From the sequence record NZ_CP017041.1: a stretch of DNA of 64,000 nucleotides, one strand, 5' to 3'. The DNA comes from a plasmid. The notes under the pieces were generated by a model. It had not been told where the DNA came from and did no database searches. It saw only the letters and a list, made by a program, of their open reading frames with translations. Below are positions 9,161 to 19,550 of the stretch, in pieces. Within the stretch, counting starts at the first letter, position 1. Every line of letters begins with the position of its first letter. The translations under genes were made by a program, and so were the position numbers.

Positions 9161-11158
9161 TCAGCCGTCGAGAGGTGTGCGGGTGGACATGGCTTCTCCT
9201 GCGCCGAGCATGAGGGTTCCGGAATCGTCGCCGGCCGATTCCCAATCGACGATGACCTGCTCACCGTCGACGCTGGACTCGGCGATGGTCACCCAATCTC
9301 CGTCTATGTCGATGAGCATCCCAGCAGTCAACTCGGTGGCGGCCACCGGGTGGGGTGGGCTGTAGAAGCGGTCGATGTCGCAAACGGGATCTTCGTCGGG
9401 TTCCTCGACTACCGGGGGCGGGGCGGGCCTGGCTGTCTCGGTGTCGGCAGCCAGGTCGGCTCCCAGGATGCGCTCCCACTGCGGGCTGGTTTTCTTGCCC
9501 GCTGAGGCCATGGCCTTAGCGATCTGTTTGTCAGTGGGCCACACAAACTTCTTCTTGGTCCAGGTCGTGGTGGCGGGTCGCAGCTGTTCCAGCAGCTTCA
9601 GGTCTTGCGGGGAGCGGGCTTTGCGGGGGTCGGGGGTGTAGAAGAACTGGACTTCTTTGGGGGTTGATTCGCCGGATAGGTAGGTGCCGCGGCCGCGTTT
9701 GCCGAACGGGATGCCCACGCCGACGTGTTCGGAGCCGAACATCATGCGGGCGCCATCGGAGGACAGGGGTCCGGTGGCGGCTCGGCCGGAGAAGTTGTCT
9801 CGGATCTCGCCGCCCAGAAATTCGGCGTCTGGGCGTTGGGTTCCTAGATCGACGTGGATGCGGCAGGCTGCTGCCATGCGCAGCAGGGAGCCGATCCATC
9901 CGAAGACGGGGCATTCTCCGGGCATTCCGGAGACTTTGATCGTCGACCACCAGTTTTTCGTGTTGCCGTAGAACTGGCGGTATTCGTCGATGAGGACGAG
10001 CACTCGGGTGAAGTCGGTTTCTCGTGCTCCTTCTTCCTCGATGCGTCGGTAGCGGTCCTCCATGAGGGCCCACAGCCAGTGGATGAGGGCGACCTGGTCG
10101 GGCACGGTGGTGGCGACCATTTCGATGTTGGGCCACTCCCGCAAGCCCAGATATTCGATGCGTTTGGGGTCGATGATGAAGACGCGCCAGTCACGGCGGG
10201 CGGCCTCGACGGCGTCACCGATCATGGATACCGTTTTCCCGGTGCGGGTACGGCCGGCTTTGAGCTGGTGGGCCATGACACCAGAGATGTCCCAGTAGCA
10301 GGTGTTGCCGTCCTCGTCGACGGCTTGAGGGATCTTCTCCCAATCTGGGGAATCTGGGGCAGGAAGGGCCACCGGTCGCGCCGCCACCGAGGGCAAAGGG
10401 CGTCGACGAGTGACAGTGATGGTGTCGTGCTCCAAGTCGAAGTCGCTGCGCCATTGGCCGGGCATCATCGCCGAGGTTACCGCGGCCAGGCGTAGCTGAA
10501 TGTTGGGGCTGGACAGGTGAGCGCCACGCTGGTGGTGAATGGTGAACCCGTCCAGCTTCCCCTGATCGGTGCTCCAGGAATCGACAGTGACCGCCGACCC
10601 ATAGATTTGGGTGGCCACGTCTTTGGCGCGCTCGGTGGCCCGATCCAGATCAGTCTTGTCAGGCTCGGGGGTGGGGTCACGGTAGGCCAGGATGAACCGT
10701 CCGGCCGGGATCGTTGCGGAAGCCACCGTGAATTGTCCTGGCGGCCAGGCAGCTGCAGCTGCCTGGGTCAGCGTCATTGGCACGGTCTCCCCCGCGGCCG
10801 CCTCAGGAGGAATAGTGAGGATCAGTCGGCGCGGGTGTTTGCCCTTGCGATCCCACGTAACTTTCTGGGACACCGGCACCTTCAGCGTCGCCTGGATAGC
10901 CAGGCGGGCTGTTTCAGCGGTCTCAGTGCGCCGGTCGGCGCGCAACGCACGACTGGCGTGAAGAGTCCCCGCCACAGCGCAGCCCACACATAGCAGCCAC
11001 CAGCGGGGATCCGCGGCCGCGGCGTAGCCTCCTGTGGCCAGTACCGCACCCGACCAGCCGGCCGCAGTGTTCGTCCACGCCGGTTTCACGCTGACAGCGA
11101 GCTGGGCGGAGGGTGTCTTCTTCGCGGCCGCAACTGAGGGACGAGACCGGATGGTCAT
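9161..11158 (-). CDS. FtsK/SpoIIIE-family DNA translocase / conjugative coupling ATPase (TraB/TcpA-like)
   Basis: Walker A KAGRTRTGKTVSM and Walker B VLVLIDEYRQF. N-terminal TM segments. Size 665 aa. Confidence 0.7.
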   Translation of the reverse strand: MTIRSRPSVAAAKKTPSAQLAVSVKPAWTNTAAGWSGAVLATGGYAAAADPRWWLLCVGCAVAGTLHASRALRADRRTETAETARLAIQATLKVPVSQKVTWDRKGKHPRRLILTIPPEAAAGETVPMTLTQAAAAAWPPGQFTVASATIPAGRFILAYRDPTPEPDKTDLDRATERAKDVATQIYGSAVTVDSWSTDQGKLDGFTIHHQRGAHLSSPNIQLRLAAVTSAMMPGQWRSDFDLEHDTITVTRRRPLPSVAARPVALPAPDSPDWEKIPQAVDEDGNTCYWDISGVMAHQLKAGRTRTGKTVSMIGDAVEAARRDWRVFIIDPKRIEYLGLREWPNIEMVATTVPDQVALIHWLWALMEDRYRRIEEEGARETDFTRVLVLIDEYRQFYGNTKNWWSTIKVSGMPGECPVFGWIGSLLRMAAACRIHVDLGTQRPDAEFLGGEIRDNFSGRAATGPLSSDGARMMFGSEHVGVGIPFGKRGRGTYLSGESTPKEVQFFYTPDPRKARSPQDLKLLEQLRPATTTWTKKKFVWPTDKQIAKAMASAGKKTSPQWERILGADLAADTETARPAPPPVVEEPDEDPVCDIDRFYSPPHPVAATELTAGMLIDIDGDWVTIAESSVDGEQVIVDWESAGDDSGTLMLGAGEAMSTRTPLDG

Positions 11159-11433
11159 GCCGCAGTTTCCTTGTGGCAGGTCAGCTCATAGGCATGATGT
11201 CCAGCAATGATGCCGTGACGCACCGCCCCGGTGGCCGCATAGACCGTGCATAGCTTGAACACGGGGCACCCATTACAGGCCGCCGGGTTCATGCTTTCTT
11301 TGTCCCACGACGGCGGATCATCGGTGCACGGCACAACCAGGCCATCCTGTTGGACAGCACTGATAGCGGTGAACAGTCGCAGCTGGGCGCGAACTTGTTC
11401 CCGGGTTAGGTTGACGGAGCGGGATACACGCAT
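11155..11433 (-). CDS. whiB: WhiB-like (Wbl) Fe-S transcription factor
   Basis: Four Cys in the Wbl arrangement (C...CNGC...C). Small size. Immediately upstream of, and overlapping, the FtsK-like gene. Confidence 0.55.
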   Translation of the reverse strand: MRVSRSVNLTREQVRAQLRLFTAISAVQQDGLVVPCTDDPPSWDKESMNPAACNGCPVFKLCTVYAATGAVRHGIIAGHHAYELTCHKETAA

Positions 11434-11694
11434 GGGGGCTTCCTTCCTCTTCACTGGTGAAGGTGTCTGCACGCTCCTGGATGTGCGGAGGAATTTGTCA
11501 GTGCTTGATCGCGGTGATCAGCCAGCCGGTCGCGGCAGTGGGTTCGGGCACCAGGGTCAGGTGCACCACGGTGTGGTCGGCCAAGGGCACGTCAATCAGG
11601 GGTCCGTCGGCAGTTGCCCCAGCGAAGGTGGGGGTGGCGGGCAGTTGCTGGTTAAGGCCTGGCTAGTTGACTTAAGCACACTATAGTAGGTGGT

Positions 11695-12315
11695 ATGAAT
11701 CTCAAGGAGTGGGCAGGAGTGCGCGGGATTTCGTATCAGACCGCGCTGCGGTGGTATCACCGTGGGCTTATGCCTGTTCCCGTGCATCGAGTGGGAAGGC
11801 TCGTGCTCGTTGATTGTGACGAGCATGGGTTGCCGTTCGAGGGATCGACCCCCGAGCCGACGAAAACGATCATTTATGCTCGGGTGTGCTCGGCGGATCA
11901 GAAACCCGATCTTGATAGACAGATCGCTCGAGTCATGACATGGGCGAGCGCGAAGGAATTGTCGGTTGATGGTGTTGTCACCGAGGTTGGTTCTGGTCTC
12001 GATGGGCATCGGAAGAAGTTCGAGAAATTGTTGAAGGATGGTTCTGTCAGGACGATTCTTGTGGAACATCGCGATCGATTCTGCCGATTCGGGTCGGAAT
12101 ACATTGAAGCGGCACTTTCGGCACAGAATCGTCGTCTCCTTGTTGTTGACGACAAGGAGATCGAAGACGATCTTGTGCAGGATATGACAGATGTGCTCAC
12201 GTCCATGTGTGCGAGATTGTACGGAAAGAGATCAGCGAAACATCGCGCCCGAAAGGCCGTGGAAACGGCCATGACCACTGGCGGTGAAGAATCCGTTAAG
12301 GATGATCACACATGA
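11695..12315 (+). CDS. tnpA: IS607-family serine recombinase transposase TnpA (MerR-like HTH + resolvase domain)
   Basis: N-terminal MerR-type HTH (WAGVRGISYQTALRWYHRG), catalytic region YARVCSADQK, resolvase-like core. Confidence 0.8.
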   Translation: MNLKEWAGVRGISYQTALRWYHRGLMPVPVHRVGRLVLVDCDEHGLPFEGSTPEPTKTIIYARVCSADQKPDLDRQIARVMTWASAKELSVDGVVTEVGSGLDGHRKKFEKLLKDGSVRTILVEHRDRFCRFGSEYIEAALSAQNRRLLVVDDKEIEDDLVQDMTDVLTSMCARLYGKRSAKHRARKAVETAMTTGGEESVKDDHT

Positions 12316-13757
12316 TCACGAAGCCCGCCGCCCCGAAATTGGACAAGAATGGCCCAGATGTTGTTGTCCGGTCCTACAAGTTTGCGTTGAAACCCACGAA
12401 GTCGCAGGAACAGAAATTGCGTCAGCATACGGGTGCAGCAAGGTTTGTCTACAATTATCTCATTTCCCAGTGGCGCGACGACATTCACACTCGTGCCGAA
12501 GAGAAGAAATGCGGCGTTCCTGAGGATGAATTGACGCCGTTCACGTTTAAGTTGTCTGCCTATGATATGCGTAATTACTGGAATCGCACCAAGGGCGAGT
12601 GTGCTCCGTGGTGGCCAGAAGTATCGAAGGAGATCGGCAACGATGCGGCACGTCGTGCCCATGACTCCATTGAGAACTGGTACGACTCCAAGGGCGGGAA
12701 ACGCAAGGGCAGAAGAGTGGGCTTCCCCCGGTTCCACAAGCGCGGATGCCATGAATCATGCACGTTCTCAACCGGGACGATCCGTGTCAATCCTGACCGT
12801 CACTCGGTGGCACTGCCCCGAATCGGAACCATAAAGACTCGCGAAAATACGCGCGAATTGCAACGCAAAATCGCCAAAGGTACGGCAAGAATCACTCAGG
12901 CCACGATCTCTCGCGGGTTCAATTATTGGCACGTCTCCTTCACCGTGTACGAGAAGAAACACATTCCCGAAACCCACGCACATTCCGGCTCTGTTGTCGG
13001 GGTGGACATGGGTGTGGGAGATCACGTCATCGTTGCGGCAACCCCAAACGGTGATGAAGTCATGCGTAGGGGATTGCCGCAATCGGTCAAGAAGGATGAA
13101 GCGCGAGTGCGGCACCTTCAGCGCAAACTGTCGCGTAAGCATGGCCCGGATAAGAGGACGAAAACCACGCCCTCGAATCGGTGGATTCGCGCGAACAACC
13201 AAGTCAATAAGTATCGCGCGAAACTGGCTAACATACGTCGCGATCTTGCGGCGAAGGCTGCTCATGGGTTGGCGACGAATTATGAGACCGTCGTCATCGA
13301 GGACTTGAACGTTCAAGCCATGATGACGCGCGGAGGCGCACACAAACGTGGTCTGAATCGCGCGATAGCGCAGGCCTCATTTGCCGATGTCAGGCGACGA
13401 ATCACCTACAAAACGAGGTGGAATGGCGGTAGAACCGTCATTGCCGATCGGTGGTTTCCATCGTCGAAAACGTGTTCGGAATGTGGAGAAGTGAAATCCA
13501 AGCTCTCCTTGTCCGAGCGTGAATACATCTGCCATCGTTGCGGTGTTGTCGTGGACAGAGACCTCAATGCTGCAACAAATCTGGCGAAATTAGCGGCACC
13601 GAAATCCGGTGTCGATTTTCACGGAACCGGGAGTTCGCCGGGGATGGGACGTGGAGGCGCGGGGAAGACCAACTCATCCTCGGGTGAGCTGGCACCGGCC
13701 GGTGAAGCGTCAATGGCCCGAAAGGACCTGAGCGGCCGCAAGGCCGGCACGAGATAA
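12312..13757 (+). CDS. tnpB: TnpB (OrfB, RuvC-like RNA-guided nuclease family)
   Basis: 481 aa. C-terminal zinc finger CSECGEVKSK...CHRCGVVVDRDLNAATNL. OrfB_IS605-like central region. Confidence 0.85.
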   Translation: MITKPAAPKLDKNGPDVVVRSYKFALKPTKSQEQKLRQHTGAARFVYNYLISQWRDDIHTRAEEKKCGVPEDELTPFTFKLSAYDMRNYWNRTKGECAPWWPEVSKEIGNDAARRAHDSIENWYDSKGGKRKGRRVGFPRFHKRGCHESCTFSTGTIRVNPDRHSVALPRIGTIKTRENTRELQRKIAKGTARITQATISRGFNYWHVSFTVYEKKHIPETHAHSGSVVGVDMGVGDHVIVAATPNGDEVMRRGLPQSVKKDEARVRHLQRKLSRKHGPDKRTKTTPSNRWIRANNQVNKYRAKLANIRRDLAAKAAHGLATNYETVVIEDLNVQAMMTRGGAHKRGLNRAIAQASFADVRRRITYKTRWNGGRTVIADRWFPSSKTCSECGEVKSKLSLSEREYICHRCGVVVDRDLNAATNLAKLAAPKSGVDFHGTGSSPGMGRGGAGKTNSSSGELAPAGEASMARKDLSGRKAGTR

Positions 13758-13849
13758 CCTGACCATCAGAGTCAGTTCTCATGCAACGGTGAAGGCGGCC
13801 AGGCCTGCTGGGATGAGGATGGCGGCCGCGCTGACGGACCGTAGTGAGG

Positions 13850-14914
13850 TCATTTGACGATCCTTCGGTAGCTCGAGGGGTTGCCGTAGATCTTCTCCAC
13901 GTTGATGCCGCGGGCTTGGTTGTCGGCGCTGATCATCTGGCCTCTACCGATGTAGGTGGCTACGTGGTGGGCAGGGATGCCCCAGAAGATAAGGTCGCCG
14001 ACTTTGAGCTGGTTGCGGTTGACTGGGGTGCCGACTTTTTGCTGTTCGGCAGCGGTGCGGGGAAGGTTGATGCCGATACGTCGGTACAGTGCCGAGGTCA
14101 GGCCTGAGCAGTCGTAGCCGCCATCGCTCGCACCATTACCGCCCCACACGTAGGTGTAGGAGTTGTTGGCGGCGATCGATTTGGCCCATTCCACGGCTTT
14201 GGTCAGGTTCTTTGAGACGCCGGTTTCGTTAGCGGTCCCGGTGACACAGTCGTTGGACAGGCGCCCTGTGGTGGTGGCTCCCACCATCTGTTTGGCGATG
14301 GCCTCCCATTTAGCGTAAGCGTTAGGCAGGGCTGAGGCCTGAACCGCTTGGGCTGCTTGGGCCGGGGATTTCGACTGCCAGTCGGGGACATCGACAAGGC
14401 CGGGAATGTGGTAGCCGGGGCCGCCGGCCGATGTGGGGCCAGCATAGGTGATGGTGTGGCCTTTCAGGAATGTCTCCGTGGCGTAGGCATCATTGTTGAC
14501 TTGGTCCAAGGTGCCGTACCAGCCCGGTAGAACGCGCTGTTGGAATGGGCCGGCGTCGCCGTCACCGTTAGGTTTCGTTGCGGCGGGGTTGGCTCCGAGG
14601 TCTGATTCCTGTTTAGCGGTCATGATGGCGATGACCGCAGCCTGGACAGGTAGTTTGTCGCGTTGGACCACGGTGACGATGGTGGTCACTAGTTGCTTCT
14701 GCCTGGTTGTGAGGCCTCCGACACTAACAGCGCCACCGGTGACAGTTCCTATGCAGGGATCCCCACCGACGCCGCCAGCGCCAGAGTTGTCGTCGAGGGC
14801 CCCGGCGCCTACTGACAGTAGTGGCACCACAATCACGGCAGCTGACGACATTGCCAGGCCCGCAAGGATCAGTGCTACGACACTTGCTACGACGATCACG
14901 CGAGACGCCTTCAT
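13850..14914 (-). CDS. Secreted NlpC/P60-family peptidoglycan hydrolase (conjugation-associated cell-wall hydrolase)
   Basis: N-terminal signal/TM. C-terminal NlpC/P60 catalytic region YVWGGNGASDGGYDCSGLTSALY...GDLIFWG...HVATYIG. Confidence 0.7.
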   Translation of the reverse strand: MKASRVIVVASVVALILAGLAMSSAAVIVVPLLSVGAGALDDNSGAGGVGGDPCIGTVTGGAVSVGGLTTRQKQLVTTIVTVVQRDKLPVQAAVIAIMTAKQESDLGANPAATKPNGDGDAGPFQQRVLPGWYGTLDQVNNDAYATETFLKGHTITYAGPTSAGGPGYHIPGLVDVPDWQSKSPAQAAQAVQASALPNAYAKWEAIAKQMVGATTTGRLSNDCVTGTANETGVSKNLTKAVEWAKSIAANNSYTYVWGGNGASDGGYDCSGLTSALYRRIGINLPRTAAEQQKVGTPVNRNQLKVGDLIFWGIPAHHVATYIGRGQMISADNQARGINVEKIYGNPSSYRRIVK

Positions 14915-17031
14915 CGCTGGCCGCCCTTCGCTGGTTTGAGGGGGCTTCGCCTGCTGATACGCACGGGCTTCGTTGATCCACTCCGCCGTCGGTTGGCAGG
15001 CCTGGGTTTGAGCGGCTTATTGGGTTGCGGTTGAGGTTCCGGAGGCTTCTTAGGTTCCTTAGGGGGTTTCACATGCCTAGGCACTTCGGTGGCGGTGGGA
15101 GGAGTCAGCACGTGGCGCACCGGCTTAGTGACCTTCCGGACACCCAAGACAACCGGTTTGATCACCGCTTTGGTGCCCTTAACCATCGGTGCGGCTACCT
15201 TCGCACCGGTGGCCTTGACTGCATGATGCGTCTTGATGGCCCCGGCCTCGGTTCGGCCAACCCGTCTAGCAGCAGCATCGAGGGTCGGGTGGCCCGTCGT
15301 CGCCCTCACCGGTGCGTCCTTGCCCTGGCGGGTCTGCTTAGCGATCGCCGACATGCCGCCTCGCAATGCCGAAACATGATTGTGGGCGTGGGCGATCGCC
15401 GACATGCCGGCCGTCGCGATTTTTGACTGGCCCTGCGGGGCCCCTGCCCCAGCACGAATCTGCCGGTAAGCCGCCGACGTGCGACGAGCACCCGCCGCCA
15501 TTCGCGCCACCTTCGCAGCCCTAGTCACTCCCGTCGACACGCCACCCGTGGCTACCGCAGCAGCACCCGAGACCACAGTCGAGGCCATCCGCCTTCGACC
15601 CCATCCGGTGAGCTTGCGACCACCACTGCGCACCATCCGGCGAGCACCCCGCCCAGCCCACTGGCCGATCACCGAGCCCCTTTCGGAACGCTTGCTGCGC
15701 ATCCAATCGTTGATCTTGTCCCTCAGCCCCTTCTCGCCCTTGTGACGACGCCACATGGACATCAAGAACCCGATAATCCCCACGAGCTCGAGCATGTTGA
15801 CAACCATGACCTTGATGGCGACATCACCGTCAGAGGCGAAAACCGACTTGATGATGAGCATGACCACACCCAACATCACCATCGACCCGACAATGCCGAT
15901 CATCGAGTACAAGATCGAACACAGATCCCGGATGAGCGGATCTGTGCGGCCAGGGATAGCCCGCAACACGTTGAGCATCGACATGAACGCCGACCACACC
16001 AACTTGCACACGTAGAACCAGCACATGCCCGCGAACACCAGCAGGACCACAGCCAAACCCGCCACCGTCGACGAGTAAAAGAAGAACCCCACCAACCACG
16101 AACCATCCGCAATATCGCCGGCGTAATCCGACAACCCCTCATCACAGTCACCAAGGTCGTCGCGAGCATCCGAGACGTCATCGTAAGGGCCACCCTTGAG
16201 CACCTCGATGTACTTGTCGTGGCACTTCGCATCAATAATCCGGCCATAGTTGAGCTGCTGATGAACCGGCGCCACGAACGAGTCCACAATGATCGCCGAC
16301 AGCTTCGGATCCTTCGAGTCTCCCGTCGAGGTCATGTCATCAGGAACCTCGACCTCACCAGCGGTCGCCGTCGCAGGATCAACCGAACTAGTAATCATGT
16401 GAGACAGCGCCACACCGAACTGCTGGGTGCGAGCCAACGGAGTAGCCAACGTCGTCGTATCGCCTGCGAACTTCGCCACTGGGGCCGCCAAGAAACCCAA
16501 CGCCAGCGCCGCAGCAATCGCCGCACGCGCACCCGTAGCCCACGCCCCAGCCGTGCGTCCCCTCATCATCTTGACGACCACGCCCACACCGGCGCACGTC
16601 GTCAGCAACGTCAACACCGTTCCACCCCAGCTGTCCGCTCCCAGCGGAGCCAAAACCTTGTCGTGGATGTCGTTCTGCAACCCCACCAGCGGGCCGGTAA
16701 TCCACCCCACCCAGCTCATCGCCACGGTCCAGTCCAACAACCGGCACAACAGGGCAACGACCATCAGGTACGTGTTCCAACACATACCAATAATGGAGGC
16801 CCACATACCCTTCAGCGGGGCCGTAACACCACCATCGTCCAACGACATCTGGTACTGAAACAAGTGAATACCGTTGGAGTCAGTCACATTGAAACCATCA
16901 CCCATCCAGCCCAGCCCAGGACCCGACGCCATAGCAGGCACACTGCCCAACGCCACCACCAGAACCAGCGTGGTGACGATGATACGGAACCACCGCTCCC
17001 CGGTTCCGCGACGATACGGATGACGGCTCAC
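14911..17031 (-). CDS. Polytopic conjugal-transfer membrane protein (VirB6/TcpH-like) with basic C-terminal tail
   Basis: 706 aa, at least 6 TM segments, long Lys/Pro-rich C-terminus. Translationally coupled between the VirB4-like and NlpC/P60 genes. Confidence 0.45.
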   Translation of the reverse strand: MSRHPYRRGTGERWFRIIVTTLVLVVALGSVPAMASGPGLGWMGDGFNVTDSNGIHLFQYQMSLDDGGVTAPLKGMWASIIGMCWNTYLMVVALLCRLLDWTVAMSWVGWITGPLVGLQNDIHDKVLAPLGADSWGGTVLTLLTTCAGVGVVVKMMRGRTAGAWATGARAAIAAALALGFLAAPVAKFAGDTTTLATPLARTQQFGVALSHMITSSVDPATATAGEVEVPDDMTSTGDSKDPKLSAIIVDSFVAPVHQQLNYGRIIDAKCHDKYIEVLKGGPYDDVSDARDDLGDCDEGLSDYAGDIADGSWLVGFFFYSSTVAGLAVVLLVFAGMCWFYVCKLVWSAFMSMLNVLRAIPGRTDPLIRDLCSILYSMIGIVGSMVMLGVVMLIIKSVFASDGDVAIKVMVVNMLELVGIIGFLMSMWRRHKGEKGLRDKINDWMRSKRSERGSVIGQWAGRGARRMVRSGGRKLTGWGRRRMASTVVSGAAAVATGGVSTGVTRAAKVARMAAGARRTSAAYRQIRAGAGAPQGQSKIATAGMSAIAHAHNHVSALRGGMSAIAKQTRQGKDAPVRATTGHPTLDAAARRVGRTEAGAIKTHHAVKATGAKVAAPMVKGTKAVIKPVVLGVRKVTKPVRHVLTPPTATEVPRHVKPPKEPKKPPEPQPQPNKPLKPRPANRRRSGSTKPVRISRRSPLKPAKGGQR

Positions 17032-19550
17032 GCTGCCTCCTGGTCGTGCTCGGGCGGGTTGGAGCTAGCGGCCTCACGATGGGGACCGTAGGCAGGTCTC
17101 AAGAGCCGAATCTCACCGACGTTGCCGTGTTGGTCGGCGTACAGGCCACAACCGGGGCCTCCGGGGTTGAGAGCAATCTTGACCAGGTCAGCGAACTCCT
17201 CAGGGGACGTTTTAGGGTCCACGCCCAGGAACTCGACACCTTTCTGGGCGAGGTTGATGTTGTCGCACAGCAACACGATGCGATGCTGAATGAGGTTACG
17301 GACGGTCTCGTTGGGGTAATCGGCCTCGGGGTCGTGGGAGCCAGTAATGAGCCAGGCGTTGGCTCGGCGGGACTCACGCACGTACTCATCGATGGCGTGG
17401 GAGGCCTCCGGCGAGGACGACATATGGTGGAACTCATCAACGATGAAAGCGGCGTCGCGGGCCCGGTCGCTAAAGCACACCAGGCGAGCCAGACGAGCAA
17501 TGAGCGCGTAGAGAGCCCGGCCAAACACCTTGTGCGGGGGCAGCTGCCGAAACAAATGTTCTGACAGCATCTCCTCGGCGTTAGGAAGAGCGATGCCACA
17601 AGTGCCGATGATGAGGATGTCGGCACTCAGGTCGGCGGGAGGAAGGTCCGGGTCAAAGATGGCCGAAGCTAGGGAGGCCGAGTTCTCGATGTCAGCGAAC
17701 ACGGCAATCCTGTCAGCGATCGCGGTGGCCTCGGGAAGGTCGCACTCCTCGGCCAGGTGGCGGGCCAAACGCCCACACGAGGTGATCTGGTGGTCACGCA
17801 TGTAGGCCGGCTTGAGGACCTTGGCCAGCGTGGTTCCGGCCACACCGATGGTCTCCAAGTTAAGCAAGGTCAGCAAGAACGACTGGGCGACCTGTCCGGC
17901 CATCTCCGGGGGAAGGATGCGCAGCGGGTCCAGCGACAGCTTGGGGTGGGCCGTGTCGACGATCTGGCGTCTAACCCCGTCGATAGAGTTGACAAAGGTT
18001 ACCCACTCCCGCTCATCGGAGTTGTCGGTGGCAATAATGCGCCCGCCCCGGGCCGCGATGGCTGCGCACAGCCGCTTCTCGGCCATCGTCTTGCCCGCGC
18101 CCATCTTGCCGATGAACGCCACCGTGTTGCCCTTCTGATCCTGAGTGTCGGCATGCAGGTCAAGGAAGGCCAGCGACTGCAACGGGGAGCCTGTGACCAC
18201 AGCCAACGGGATGCCGGTGGTACGGCCCAACCGGTACTCGACCACCGGGATAGATGCGGCGAACGCGGAGGCGTGAGTCAGCTGACGGTAGGCGTTAAGC
18301 GAGGAGGAGAACCGGCCACCGGGCCGGGCAGCCCACAGCAAGTCCTCCTGACGGCCCACGGGACGCACCCACGTGAAGTCACCGAACACCGGATCATTGA
18401 CGAACGCTCCTGCCAGCTCCTCGGTGGTCTCAAAGTCAGGAGACGAGACAGTGACGGTGATAAGAGCCTGGATCTCGACCTCACGCTCATCGGCGGCCAG
18501 CTCGGCGTTGTAGTCGACGAGCACCTGAGCGGAATGCTCGATAGACATGAGGGTCGAAGCCTGGGTCATCTCACCGCCCTCGACGTTGTCGAGCTGGTCG
18601 ACGGTTTGGCGGATGGCCCGCTGATTTTTCTGCATCGCAGCGTGACGGGTCCGGGCCACTCCCCGGATCGCCACGTCGACCGGCACGCCAGTGTCGTCGA
18701 TACGGCCCAGGAACTCGTAGGCAGGCCACGTCATCGTGCGGGGCACCTTGCCCAGCGCAATGTGGGACTGGTAGACGGTCTCGCCGGTGTCGGCACCGAT
18801 TTTGAGGACGCGACGATTCCACGCCTGAGCCGTCCGGGACATGTCGGAGACTCGCTTGTCATCCCCGCTGGCCAGCAGGTCGGAGGTCGCGGCCTCATCG
18901 ATGACCAACTCCCCCAGCGCGGCACGTCCAGCCTCATCCATGAGGGCGATTCCCTCGCCAGGGGCATCATCACGCAACCGGGTCGGGTGGCCTGACAGGT
19001 GCTGCCGAAGCCAGATCTGTTCATCAACGGTGACCGGGCGGGGTTGGAACGCTGCCGGCAGTTTCGCACCGAATTCCTTAGCCTGACGGAGGGCCCACTC
19101 CCGTGCGACACGGCCAGGAGCGGTGGTCATGAGTCCGGCGGCTTCGGTGATTTTGTTGAGGGCGGCGGTCCAGGCGGTGTGGGTGCGTATTTTCTGGTCT
19201 TGGTTGAGTTTGATCGATAGGAACCACACGCGCCGGCCTAGGGATTCGGTTTCAGGCTGGTCGAGGGTGGCGTCGATTTCGTCGGCCCACACGGGGTGTT
19301 CGCTCAGGTCGAGGCCGGCGGCCATGGCGTCGACGATTTCTGTGGGGTCGGTCCAGGTGAGGGCTCCGTTGAGGCAGAACTCGTGGCGGGCGAGGTGGCG
19401 GAATAGGTCGCGGTGAGCTGCGGCGACGGTGAGGGAGGCGTTCTCGGTGACGGGTCGCTGGAGGGGAGTGAGTCGCCAAGTGGCCCAGATGTCGCCGGTG
19501 GAGGTCCAGACGAGGTTGTCGAAGAGGAACCGTTCGGGGATGGACATCAT
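17028..19550 (-). CDS. VirB4/TraE/TcpF-like conjugative ATPase
   Basis: 840 aa. Walker A AFIGKMGAGKTMAE and Walker B-like AFIVDEFHHM. Confidence 0.6.
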   Translation of the reverse strand: MMSIPERFLFDNLVWTSTGDIWATWRLTPLQRPVTENASLTVAAAHRDLFRHLARHEFCLNGALTWTDPTEIVDAMAAGLDLSEHPVWADEIDATLDQPETESLGRRVWFLSIKLNQDQKIRTHTAWTAALNKITEAAGLMTTAPGRVAREWALRQAKEFGAKLPAAFQPRPVTVDEQIWLRQHLSGHPTRLRDDAPGEGIALMDEAGRAALGELVIDEAATSDLLASGDDKRVSDMSRTAQAWNRRVLKIGADTGETVYQSHIALGKVPRTMTWPAYEFLGRIDDTGVPVDVAIRGVARTRHAAMQKNQRAIRQTVDQLDNVEGGEMTQASTLMSIEHSAQVLVDYNAELAADEREVEIQALITVTVSSPDFETTEELAGAFVNDPVFGDFTWVRPVGRQEDLLWAARPGGRFSSSLNAYRQLTHASAFAASIPVVEYRLGRTTGIPLAVVTGSPLQSLAFLDLHADTQDQKGNTVAFIGKMGAGKTMAEKRLCAAIAARGGRIIATDNSDEREWVTFVNSIDGVRRQIVDTAHPKLSLDPLRILPPEMAGQVAQSFLLTLLNLETIGVAGTTLAKVLKPAYMRDHQITSCGRLARHLAEECDLPEATAIADRIAVFADIENSASLASAIFDPDLPPADLSADILIIGTCGIALPNAEEMLSEHLFRQLPPHKVFGRALYALIARLARLVCFSDRARDAAFIVDEFHHMSSSPEASHAIDEYVRESRRANAWLITGSHDPEADYPNETVRNLIQHRIVLLCDNINLAQKGVEFLGVDPKTSPEEFADLVKIALNPGGPGCGLYADQHGNVGEIRLLRPAYGPHREAASSNPPEHDQEAA

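Larger units (their letters stand above)
11663..13800 (+). mobile_element. IS607-family insertion sequence (tnpA serine recombinase + tnpB)
   Basis: tnpA and tnpB overlap (ATGA) in the canonical IS607 arrangement. Element ends approximate (shared AGGCCTG at 11656 and 13801). 3' end carries the hairpin GCACGAG...CTCATGCAACGG. Confidence 0.6.

Noticed and set aside
15742-17091. 449-aa plus-strand ORF antisense to the polytopic membrane gene
   Set aside because: Extremely Arg/His/Gln-rich low-complexity translation. Mirror-frame artifact of the GC-rich coding strand.
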